A stretch of 64,000 nt of DNA from Marsupella aquatica. Its lineage: Eukaryota; Plantae; Marchantiophyta. The first letter of the stretch is position 1; the number at the start of each line of letters is the position of its first letter. The stretch lies in contig OZ316892.1 in assembly GCA_973895155.1 (NCBI GenBank), positions 18,528,357 through 18,592,356 on the forward strand, given 5' to 3'. The translations under genes were made by a program, and so were the position numbers. Positions 28,174 to 39,330 of this stretch are shown one piece after another. The notes under the pieces were generated by a model. The model saw only the letters and a program-made list of their open reading frames with translations. It ran no database searches and had not been told where the DNA came from.

Positions 28174-29835
28174 GCTCCTGTTCATACACATGATAGACAA
28201 TTTTGACTCTTCATGGATTACTGTTTCGTGTTGCAGGGTACTCCTTCCGTAGAGAAAAAAGGGCTAAAGAAGAAGCCATCAACCAGGAAAAAGGCATCAA
28301 GAACAAAAACCCCAGAGAAGTTCAAGGTTCTTTAGTTGCCACTATTGGAGGTAAGATAAGAGGATTTCAGGGTCCAAGACTTATGGTTGTTTCACTTTTA
28401 CTTATTACATTTTGTATGGATTTGTGGAAATATATCAATGAATTCAACTTACTATTGTTCTCAGACTCACTGTTATGGTAGACCTGCTCCCACACCGCCA
28501 AGTTCCGATGAGTCATTGTGCAGCTCGGGAGTGAAAAACTTTTGAACACTCAGCAAATTGATACTCCAACTTTTGAACGGTCAGCAAATTGATACTCCTT
28601 TTCAGTAGGATCTCTAGTAGGTTCAGTCGCAGTCCCATCAACAAACTTTCAGGCACTGGAGGCCTTGAGTGTGGAAGTACACAGTAGCTTCCATGCGGGA
28701 AAATTGAGACTGCCTTCTAGCTTAGGTATAAGATGGCTATTGTAGCCTACGGAGGTACTCATCGAGAAGTTGCAAAGATATGTCAACAACGAAACGAAGT
28801 ATGAGAGAAATCAATGAATGTATCGATAGAAGTAAAGCAAATGTAAGAATACTATGTTAGAGCGAGATGAGTAGAACTTATTCGGCCCATAACCTGTGAC
28901 TAAAGCATACACTCACGCTCAAACACAAGAAAATACAGAAGTACAATGCGATGAATAGCATGAGAGGAGACCCCTACGTAGAGGCGCTCCATCTGAGAAA
29001 ATACAAAGGCAGTAGCAGCCCAAGTGATCAACACAAACAGGTGGCGCGGCTGCCAGTACACAAAGAGCTGGCCGCGTCCCGCTTGTCACGCTGGCAGATA
29101 GATTTAATTCAAATCTTTAAACTAGATCTTTGTTGTTTGATGCTGCTTGAATTTAAATCTGACTACGTACGGCTAGTCTGAGTCTGAGGCTAATATCCTG
29201 CGGCTAGTCTGAGTCTGAGGCTAATATCCTATCTCACATGTAAAGCTAATCCTAATGTTAAGATCTTACTGTCACTAGTCTGAATGTCGGGAATCAGTCT
29301 GAGTCATTCACAATGGGAACTGTCCCTAATTACTCCCTTTTATTGGGTCTGCCTTAAGTTTGGAATGTGTTTCCTATTTGGGCGCCTATTGTTGTTTGGC
29401 AGTGTGAAGTATGAATATTATTGGTTTAGTATCGAGTGTGTACTGTAACTATGTTGTCAGGCAGGAGAGTAGGTTGGCAGAACTTCTTTGGCCTGTACAA
29501 TTGTAACGGCAGGGTTCTTGTTCTAGTTCAATTAGCGAGGGTTATTTGTGTGACGGCTGCTGTAGATTGCAGATTCAACTTATTTAAGCCCCACTCAACT
29601 GGCGGTGTCTCATGCATTTCGCCTTCATCGTTCTGCTAACTTTCGGTTCTATTTTTGTAACTGTGGGGGATTGGTGTTGCATTTGGTTTGCACAATGCTC
29701 AAGCTCGGCACGGTTCTTATTCTTGATCAATAAGTGAGGTTATTACTGCAATATGTGACTGCTGATTTCGTCTGTAGGTTTAGCTCATGCAGTTTGGGCC
29801 CCCTCAATTGGCATTGGGAGGAATCGAAGCGGAAA

Positions 29836-31487
29836 ATGCAGAGTCATGACGATGAACTACTTCCAGCCCACCACAACTATGGGGGAGTTGCAAATGGAAT
29901 AAATATGACTGGCAGTCTCTCCCAGTGTGAGAATGACATGACTCACTGCAGCTTTGGGGGAGTTGGAAATGGAATAAATATGACTGGCAGTCTCTCCCAA
30001 TGTGAGAATGATATAGCCCACCACAATTTTGGCGAAGTTGGAAATGGAGTAGCAATGAGTGGCAGTCTTCCCCAGTGCGAGAATGACACAAATATGGTCC
30101 AGTGTAACTTTGGGGGAGTTGCAAATGGAATAAAGATGACTGGCAGACTCCACGAGTGCGAGGACATCGGAAAGAAGGGGATCTCGCTTGGAGAGGCAGA
30201 TCGCCAACAGAAACGGAATCACCACTCTAAAGAAGCTGTGTTGAGCCTTAGGTACGTAATGTGTACGGATTCGATGGATTTCATGATTTTTGAATACAAT
30301 TCAAGGCCACAAGTATACCATTATATAGATAATTGTGTATATATATCGACAGAGTAGAAAAACTTTCTAGTACAAAGCGTTTTACACATTTTTCACGCGG
30401 TTCAAGGTCTGATATTTGTATTGGATTACTTACTGAGAGACACTACGCATACTTTTAAATAATTCCTTCCCGATGAAATGCAGAAACTTCTATAATAACG
30501 AAACTCCTTATCCCGACCATAGGCAGCTTTACAAGCTTTCGAAGCTTCCCAATCTTTCTGGGCTCACAATAAAGCAGGTACAATTTTAATTTACATGTGA
30601 GGCCGCTCAAGTAATAAAATGGACCCAGAAAGTTTCATTTGGGATCGAGCTAGCTACCTGAAAATAAATGAATGATAAAATCTTCAGTAGCATAACACTT
30701 TCCAGTCAGCATTCACCTTCACAAAAGTTCTCGGAAACTTTGTGCAGATTAACACATGGTTTTGCAACGAAAGGGAGAGGAAACGCCGGAATGGCACAGG
30801 CAGTGCTGGTGTTAACTACAAGACGCTAAACAACCACCCTGACGCTGCAATCAATGTGTTAAGGTAGGAGATTCCACCACAGCTCCTCAAATATTACCCA
30901 GGAGATAATCCGTAGCTAGTTGACTGCATGCCTTTACGTTAAAATATACTTACATTGCATTGATATATTGTCAATAGATGGTAGTAGTAAGTAATTAACA
31001 AATCTTAATTGGCAAGAGATTCTTGTTGTTTAAACTTTGAAGCTAGAACTTACAATATTTTGTAGTTAACGCATTCGTACCAGCGTTCTTTTTCTCAGTT
31101 CCAGCTAGCAGAAATAGAAGAAGCCAACAACTCTGAAATGTGCAGCATCTTACTAATAACCTGGAATCTTGAATGCAGGTGTCGTACTGGTTTGAAAATA
31201 ATCGAAAGAAGCAGCGGAAGCTTGCACTTAAACTTCAGAGGAATGAACAGGTACCGGTCGACATTAAAGTAACAGAGGCAAAACTTGGCACCTCAGAATT
31301 TGAGGCACAAGACCCCAGAGAAAATGCAGAAGTCGTGCAACAAACAGGACATGACCTAGAAACCCTCAAGGACAAGAATTCTAGCGATGATATGGATGAT
31401 TGGGATCAAGATCTATGGGAGTCTTGTGAATCTAAAACACAACAAGACTCTCACATGCATGTACAAGAGAGAATGTACAAGAGATGA
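29836..31487 (+). pseudogene. Second copy of the homeodomain gene; exon 4 deleted (exons 29836-30251, 30484-30577, 30748-30863, 31179-31487)
   Basis: HD1 exons are nearly identical to copy 1. The 91-nt AWVDAH...LKK exon is absent, so joining a phase-2 donor to a phase-0 acceptor frameshifts HD2. Exon 1 has 4 x 75-81 bp repeats, and the last exon carries an LTR-like insertion. Confidence 0.78.
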
Positions 31488-31830
31488 AAAATATGAAGGC
31501 AGTGCTCAGATCTGCTTCTCACGGTATGCCTGATAATAATGAATCACTGCAAGGGCAGGGACATATAACATGACGGAACAATCATCCGCGCGGCAGGCAA
31601 GGGCGGCCCCCAAGTGGGTTGGAGCGCGTCCATGGCGCGGCCTTGCTGGCAACCAAGTGGCATGGAGACAAATCTTAACAGAAGGAAAAAAACAACGACA
31701 GCTAACTACGTGTCGCATTACAGCTAATGCAGATGCTGACTAGTCTGTCTACGTATATCCTATACGGTCATCAACAGGTCGATCTGTTTCAGTTGTATGT
31801 CAGAATTAAGTAAGACAATTCGGACTGACA
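31425..31830. mobile_element. Solo-LTR-like insertion in the last exon of homeodomain copy 2
   Basis: Absent from copy 1 (empty site gggagtcttgcatc); termini TGTGA...TGACA flanked by duplicated gtct. Confidence 0.75.
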
Positions 31831-34163
31831 GTCTTGCATCGATCACTGATAGCTAGCGTTCATATTGTAAAGCTGTCGATCACGTCACGTCTAGTTCTCT
31901 CTGAGTATTCTCATTTTTGTTTGTTTTGATTCATCACGTACGTCCTTTGAGTCTAGCACTTTATGAGTCTTTTCATTTTCGTTGTACGCTCTGATCTAAC
32001 CGTAGAACATCCCAATAATTTCGAACAAGCGGAACCTCTTGTAACTGGATTTGGGGGAAATACGCAAGTCTTTGGACAACACTGGTAGAGAGGCAGTTCC
32101 CTATCAAGAGAGGTAGGAATCGGTTTAATTCGATCAGATTGAGACTAGGTGATGTCACGATGTATCTAATCTTTTAATGGATTTCGATTGAGCTACTTTG
32201 CTCGTCTGAAAGACTTACCTCATCTCATGCCTATTGAGCTAGTGCCTATGAAATATAAACTTGATTCTCGGTAGAGTATATCTTTGTGAGAAATTAAACA
32301 TGTCTGAAAATTGATCTTCTGAAGAAACATGATCGATAAACTGATCGAGCTTTGGCCTCCCAGATTCATTCTCTTATTTACTAAGTGATCGTGAATCTCT
32401 AGATCGATACATGCCTGAAAGATCGACTCAATTTTTCCCGATCTTCAGCGAGCTGAAGTTGTCCCAATGAATGTGCAAATCTTCTAGTGTTGGAGTCTCT
32501 ATATGGGCGTGTCATGTTGTTGCGTCTTTAGAATTCGAGCAGTGGACCTGTGCTGCTCGAATAGAAAGTGTGTCCCCCGGCCCCCCTTTGAGAGCCTAGC
32601 TTGTATTCAGCCTAGATCCATGAGCAAGACAGTAGGTTCCTTTTAGAACTCCACGTGATTGGGTCACGGAGAGTGTGAAGCCTTGGAGTTGGAGAGACAT
32701 TCATTGAGAAGAATTGAAAGCGCCGAGGTCATGGTACGGTGTAACTTATATATATATACCTAGCTAGCCTGACAATATGCATGGCCGAATGGAGATGCGC
32801 GCAGTTGGTGCGGGTGAGCCATGAAACGGCTCACGTACAAGCCCGACGGAGAGAGATATCCGACGTTGGTCAAGTACGGATCGATATAAGCTTGCCAACT
32901 AATTTGGAGTAGGAAGTAGGGTCGATGTTATATGTTACATATCGGTATGTATCCTGTCTAAGACAAAAGAGTAAAGCCTTCTGGAAATGGAGTAGCAACT
33001 GGACTAGAATCATCCATTCCCCTGCCCTGAGAATAGTTTAAGCATTATAATAAAATGCCGTTGAGCGCAAAAATAATCAACGCTTTTAACAGGGCCGAAA
33101 TCCCACATTCGTATTTGGTCTGGGATGATTTTCAGATCGGAAGTGCTAGTGGAGCGGTTGCCAGTGATTAGTAAATGATCGATCGACTAAGAGAAGATCA
33201 AATGAAAGCGAGATGAAACTCAACATCCTGCTGAGAAATGTAGAGCTAGCTTAGGATCGAGATCATGAGCAAATGGAGCAAATAAATGAGTCAATTTCTT
33301 TCATACCAGGCTAGTGGGCTTTCTTTGAGTCCATATATAGATGGATTTCCGGCCGGAGTTCCAGAGTCCAGGTTTTCCTGTCCTGGAGAAAGGAACCTGA
33401 AATATAAAGCATAAAAATGATTTTCCTGCGAGTACCATTTTGAAATCCGTGACAACATCCATGTGATAAATTTCCTAGTGGCAGTGGCAATGGCAACAAT
33501 GCCTAACTGCGGACAAGGTAGCGAAAACCTAGGTAAACCTTTCATCATTGACAGTGCACCAGGGAAAACCTATATAAGCAAACCTTCCATGACTATTGTC
33601 TAGCCCTTCGCGCTATTCGTTTCTGGAATAATCTCTCTACTACTCTATCTAGATCTACAACAAAGAGTCGAACAGTCCTCTTGTCTAACGGGCATTTTGG
33701 GTTAGATCATCTTGCTTTTCAACCCAGCTTCTGCCCAGGCATGGTTACCACAAATCACCAAAAACTGAAAAATGCCCAAAATGCACTTCTGAGATTTACT
33801 CATCCAAGCAAAATATGGCTCCTCGAATGAACCCTTGAGTATACTGTTTTTCTCTGCAGTATTAAAAAAATATAGTAAAGGGTTGCGCCCAAAAATTACG
33901 GTGTTCTTGGCTAAAAAATTCCTGGCTGTTTTGCTTTAGAAAAATCAATTCACGAAAAACCAAAGGAAGAAAGCCTGAATTCAAAACAATTGCCAGTACA
34001 CTAAAGCAACCCTCACGCCCGCCGCAACGAGCAAGCCAGACAAGAGCAAGGCCCAACACCCGACGAGGAGTCAGGCCCGATGTTGGAGGGAGGCCCTAGC
34101 AAGTCCTTTAGACTATGGAGCCAACAGAGAGAGGCCCAAGGAGCGAGGCCTGAGTGAGGCCTG

Positions 34164-34534
34164 TGTTAGATATTGTTCTAGTCTTGTGACTCATGAATCA
34201 ACCACAGTTAGTCTAACTTGGGTTAGAACTTAGCTAATGTTAGCTACGGTAGTGTTGTTGTGCATATAGCCAGGGCTGATGCCAGACCCTGGGTGAAACT
34301 TAGGCTCATTGTTACGGAGGTAGTTGAGAGATAGGGAGAGTCAACATAGAGAGATACGTGGTTCACCTCCTCATGACGCTACATCCACGGAAACACACGA
34401 GCTTTACTACACTCTAGGCCGACCGGTCATACCAAACATTTACAGCACAAGCTCTTCCTATCTCTCAACTAGCTTCGTAACAATGAGCCTAAGTTCCACC
34501 CAGGGTCTGGCATCAGCCCTGGCTATATGCACAA
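34164..34534. mobile_element. Rearranged LTR fragment forming an inverted repeat
   Basis: Starts TGTTA; 34258-34337 is the reverse complement of 34456-34534; 34338-34490 is the reverse complement of 34735-34887 in the adjacent solo LTR. Confidence 0.75.
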
Positions 34535-34610
34535 TAGCCTGACTATATGAGTGAGGCCAGAGGAGCCACAAGGAAGCAAGGCCCGACCCCTGGGCCCCCA
34601 CTCCCACTAC

Positions 34611-34942
34611 TGTTATGATTTATTCTTAGGTCTAGAGTTACAACTGGACCGTAGTTAAGTCGCAGACTTGGTTATGTTAGTCATGTTGTGCACACTCTAT
34701 AATCAAGCAGTGTTTGCTTGGAGAGTGGGAACTCAGGCTCATTGTTACAGAGCTAGTTGAGAGATAGAGAGAGCTTGCGTTGTGGATGCTTGGTATGGCC
34801 GATCGGCCTAGAGTGTAGTAAAGCTCGTGTGTTTACGTGGACGTAGCATCATGAGGAGGTGAACCACGTATCTCTCTATGTCGACTCTTGTGCATTGGAT
34901 GGTTCATGGGCTTGCTGTTGCAATTGTCGTCTATGCTCAACA
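34611..34942. mobile_element. Solo LTR (332 bp) with 5-bp TSD
   Basis: TGTTA...CAACA flanked by ACTAC (34606-34610 and 34943-34947). Confidence 0.85.
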
Positions 34943-35326
34943 ACTACAAAATATCTACCCTGAATTGAACCCCCTCTAGTACCCCTTGTTATTTATTTTG
35001 AAATAATAAAAATTTGCCTTATAATCTAGAAAAACACACAATCATTTTGACAATACTTAATATCTTTCACAAAAGTATAAAATCCAGATTTGAATATTTT
35101 TATATAGGCTTCATTAGGTACATCATTTTCTTTATTCAAAGATAATGATTCACACAAAATAATCATAACCAAGACACTTAATGCAATGATGTATGCACTT
35201 TATTGAGAACAATATTCCTAAAAATAGAAATTACTCATATATGCCTATTTGGCAACATGATAGAAATTAAAAAAAAAAAAAATTTCTAGAAGTGAGAAAA
35301 TGTAAGCTTCTCGAGTTCTCCTACTA

Positions 35327-35500
35327 CCGTCTTCCCCCGAACACAACGCTCGGGCGCTATATTCGAATAGTGGGCCGGGGGGCGCTATATTCGTATATAG
35401 CGCCCTAGGCGTTGTGTACGAATTTTGTGACATGGTTTTGTTTTTTTACACTAGTGGCGCTGTGTTTGAAAATGGCGTTGTGTTTGAAAAATGGCGTTGT
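35327..35500. mobile_element. Probable terminal inverted repeat and subterminal repeats of the pogo-like element
   Basis: TA followed by CCGTCTTCCCCCGAACACAACGC (Tc2/pogo-like end), then repeated ggcgctatattcg and ggcgttgtgtttga motifs; partner TIR not found. Confidence 0.5.
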
Positions 35501-36138
35501 GTTTGAGTTTAGAGTGTTAGGTTTTAGTTTAGGCCATTATGTGCATGGTTAGGAGACTAATTTATTGTGTAAGCACTAATTGAAGTCTTAAAGAAAGTGT
35601 TTGGGAATGTGTAAGTAATTCAAACGCTGGAATTACATAATGGAAGGTAAGAGAACAAATTTGTAATGCAACAAAAGGCCTTACAAATCATAAGTACCAT
35701 AAATTTATGACAAAGAACAATATCTTAAAAATTAAAAGATCACTATTGTCAACTTAGTGCAGGTCATACCATAAGACAATTGTTTGGTTGCCTCAAACAA
35801 GGAGACTTGGACAAGTTCACCTTGTGTACCTATGAGAGTTACATAATTTGACTCTCATTGAAACAAACCTGTCCTGACATACATCTCATAACTCTCATAG
35901 TGACACAAGGAACACATGCCCAAGAATAGTGTCACCCAAAAAGGATTTTTTGTAATCACTACATGAACCCTTCATTGAGCTGCAAACAAAAGTAATTGCC
36001 ACTTCGAGCCAAATGAACTCGTTTCACAAGTTCTTCCACCTTGTAAAACAAAGTTTTGGATGATCTTGCTATCCAGATTCACTTCTGTGAGCTCAATCTC
36101 CCATTCCTCCAATTTTGAAGCTGCAAACACTACCAAAG

Positions 36139-36466
36139 CTCGAGGGGGTCACTATATGGAGGGTCATACATCGCGTGCGACGTTTTAGGGTTTGACCCCC
36201 CTAACTTTAAAGTGAAAAATATTTTTTTGCAAAGCCCTTTCTTTCTTAAAATTTTGTCATTTTTTATTAAAAAACCCCTAAAAACTTTATAGAAAGTATT
36301 TTTTGCAATTAAATAGGCCTATGTGTTCTTTAAAGTCGACCAATCAATAAAACATGCCCTATGTGTTCTTCCACCAAACTTTGGAAGTCTTCCGCCACAC
36401 CCATTTAAATGGGCCTATACTTCGTCGCACGTGATGTGTCACTTCCGTGGAAGTGACCCCCCCGAG
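36139..36466. mobile_element. MITE with CTCG-G-run termini and perfect 8-bp TSD, inserted in the pogo element
   Basis: ctcgagggggtcact...catcgcgtgcgacg and cgtcgcacgtgatg...agtgacccccccgag, flanked by TACCAAAG (36131-36138 and 36467-36474). Confidence 0.9.
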
Positions 36467-36474
36467 TACCAAAG

Positions 36475-38260
36475 TACCTGCCACCATTTCTCCACTCACC
36501 ATATCAGCTGCAGCGTCATCATCAAAAATGTCATCGAGATCAGGACACATTGACATGTGCACCACCAACTTTATCACATAAGTGTCAAGATATTCATCCA
36601 CATCACTTCCGTGAATACCCTTGCAACGAAGAAGGCATCTAAATAGAGAGTAATCCTCCTTAGGACAAAACCATGTAGGTGGCTCGACAAGGAGAGTAGG
36701 GCGCAATTCTTCACTCTCTTCAAGTACATGCCCATATTGTTCACTCCATTCGGCCAAGTCCAAGTCTGCCGCATACAATGCTCTAAGTGGCGGATGTAGG
36801 TTTTCCACTGCAAATTGTGAGCTTGGCACCAAGCCACAAACCTGAGAGTACAAGATACATCCATTTAGGATTCATCAACAAATATATGCCAAATGCCACA
36901 TAAAATTAAACAAAATTCCATCTTACCCTAAACACATTTGTGATGTCCTCCTTCTGACAATTGCCAATCCATGAAAGTGCCCATTTTGCCACCACCTTGG
37001 CAGTTGGAACTTTAGGGTTTCCAGCAGTTGTTTGCATCCGTGGATTACTTAAGGCATCCGCAATGTAAGTGTCATATTGCGTTGCATAATCTACCTGGTA
37101 GCTTCGGTTCACTGCAACGTCAAGAGGCTGCATTAGGGAGGTCAAGTTTGCTAGCACAATGCGCACAAACACATTGTAGTCCTTGAGTACCTTTGCATGT
37201 GCCTTGGGCCACTTCAAGTGGGGACCATATGCGTCAATGATGTACAAAGTGGGCTCCCGGTAGAATTGGGTCTCACTCGCTTCATCACTGTTTCATTGAA
37301 GTGCTCCCAGCATATCCTTTCATTCCACATACCTGCATAGTTACAATTTTTGTTACATTTTGTACAATTAGAAAAAAGTTGGGAAGTCCATTCTCCCTAA
37401 ATACCATGCTTCATAAGAAATTAAGAAATAAATAATGAGAGAATTGAATATACCAGTTTGGTTAACTTCAACAAACACGCCAAGCGGGACTTCAGGTTTG
37501 TTCTTCCGCTTTGAAATTAGAATATGTGGCTTCAAATGTTTGCCTTCCCTTGTTATGGAAAAGGCTATAGTGAACCATTTATGGCTGGTGCCACCTTTTC
37601 TCATCATCACGGTTTGACTGCCTCGGGTAGTAATGGTTGACCTTGGCTCTGTCTCATAGTACCGTGGCACCTGGTCCATGTTGATGACATTTTTGAGCTT
37701 GATTTTGTGAGTGTCAATCAATTCTTGGCACTCCTGAATGAATGCCCGACACAAATCAGCAGCATTGTCTGGTAGCTTGCGATCAGTTGTATGTCTCCTG
37801 GACACCAGGTCATGTCGCTTTTTGAACCTGTCTAACCAACCTGTTGACGCTTTGAATGTCATCAATCCTCATTTTCAGTGTTGGCCGCCATCCTCTCAGC
37901 AATCTTCAAGCCCATCTTAGAGATGTACAAATCCTTCACCCTCAAACCCTTCTCATTTCGTGCCAAGATCCAATTATGAAGCTCCTCCTCCATTTCTGGC
38001 AGCAATGGCCTCCGCCCACCTCCCCTTAACCGGCGTGATTTCCGGGTTGAGATCTTGTCATCCTTAAGAGAGGCTTGCAATTCTGCCTTCTTCTCATACC
38101 ATCCTCTCAAAGCTGATCGGGGCACTCCAAACTTTTTGGCAAGTGCCCCAAAGCCTTGCCCTTTGATGTTTGGGTCATACTCTAGTATGACGTCCAACTT
38201 GAACTTAAGAGAGTAAGTCCGTCGCTTGTCGTGTGCTGTTCCACGAGGATGTCTTGCCAT
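36475..38260 (-). pseudogene. Pogo-type (Tc1/mariner, DDE_1) transposase with Brinker-like and CENP-B/Tc5 HTH domains; frameshifted; introns 37333-37453 and 36842-36926
   Basis: RRTYSLKFKLDVI...ALAKKFGVPRSALRGW; EMEEELHNWILARNEKG; FKASTGWLDRFKKRH; INMDQ; IIDAY; MQPLDVAVNR; frameshifts near 37862 and ~37275. Confidence 0.88.
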
Positions 38261-39069
38261 GGCTGTCAACAAACAGAAGGGGCGGCAATCTTGCAGCACC
38301 TTCAACAGTTCCTGCAAAAAATAAATGGCATGAAAGAGCATAGTCGTGTGGCATCAGCCAATGCCTCGCTCCTGAAGAAGTTGCAGTGGGAGAGGCTCGC
38401 GCACAAGCACTCGAAGGTGAGGGCTTTGCTAACTCGTGAGGCCTCAGCCAAAGCCTCGGTCCCAAAGAAGCTGTAGTGGGAGAGGCTCAATTCTGCACTT
38501 TGTGATTCGATTGGCGACCCTAAGGACCAGAGGCTGAAGGAGTTTGGAGTGCTCACGGGCCAGCCGAAGACCATCAAGTAGGCGTAGGAGGTGCTACCCA
38601 ACTGGATTGAGCTCGAGGCAACGGAAACGTTCCTCAAGGCAATGTTCAAAGCTATCAAAAAAAAGGTCTCTAAGACTGTGGTCCTCACCGTCGACGTTAT
38701 GTACCAGGCTGTGAACCAATTCGGGACCAAGGTGGCACTAGTAGAAACCGGGGCAATTTAGACCAAACCTTATAGGACTAAGGCCACTAAGTCCTTTTTT
38801 GCAACTTCAAATGACTCAAAACCATTGCACCAGTTCACATGAACACTACAAAAGACTGTGAGTGCTTTTTGGTTTAGGATAAGACTATCAAAAGTTTCCA
38901 CGTACCCTAGTTTGTGAAAGGGTGAACACTCTCACACATGATGGTTGTGGGGTTTAGTTGTCAACTTTAATTTGATAATGGCCATATGGGGGGACTTTAC
39001 GTCCCGCTATATTGAACACGTACAAACTCAGTAAATGTCTAAATGCCCTAATGTCTCATAAACTCCATA

Positions 39070-39330
39070 GTGGGTTTAGGGGGGGTTTACTTCTCAAGGG
39101 TGGGCCGGTTATATGTGAAGGGTGTGGGGGGTCACCACTAAAGGGGGTTTAGGGGGGTTTATATGTCAAGGGTGAGTCGGTTTGGATACAACTTGGGGGT
39201 GGGGGTCAATAAAGGGGATTTATATCTCAAGGGTGTGCCGGTTATATGTCAAGGGTGTGGGGGGTCACTAAATGGGGTTTAGGGGGGTTTATATGTCAAG
39301 CGTGGGGGGGGGGGGGGGGTTACATCTTCA
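39070..39330. repeat. G-rich tandem repeat
   Basis: Repeated tttaggggggtttatatgtcaagggtg...ggggggtca motifs and a long G run. Confidence 0.75.

Larger units (their letters stand above)
29319..34161 (+). repeat. Segmental duplication copy 2
   Basis: Colinear with 18945-24333, but lacks ~19386-20209 and ~21235-21492 and carries an insertion at 31425-31830. Confidence 0.92.

Noticed and set aside
28741-29312. Solo LTR at the boundary of duplication copy 2
   Set aside because: Ends in TTCACA and has LTR-like composition with a 31-bp internal repeat, but no TG start with a matching TSD could be fixed
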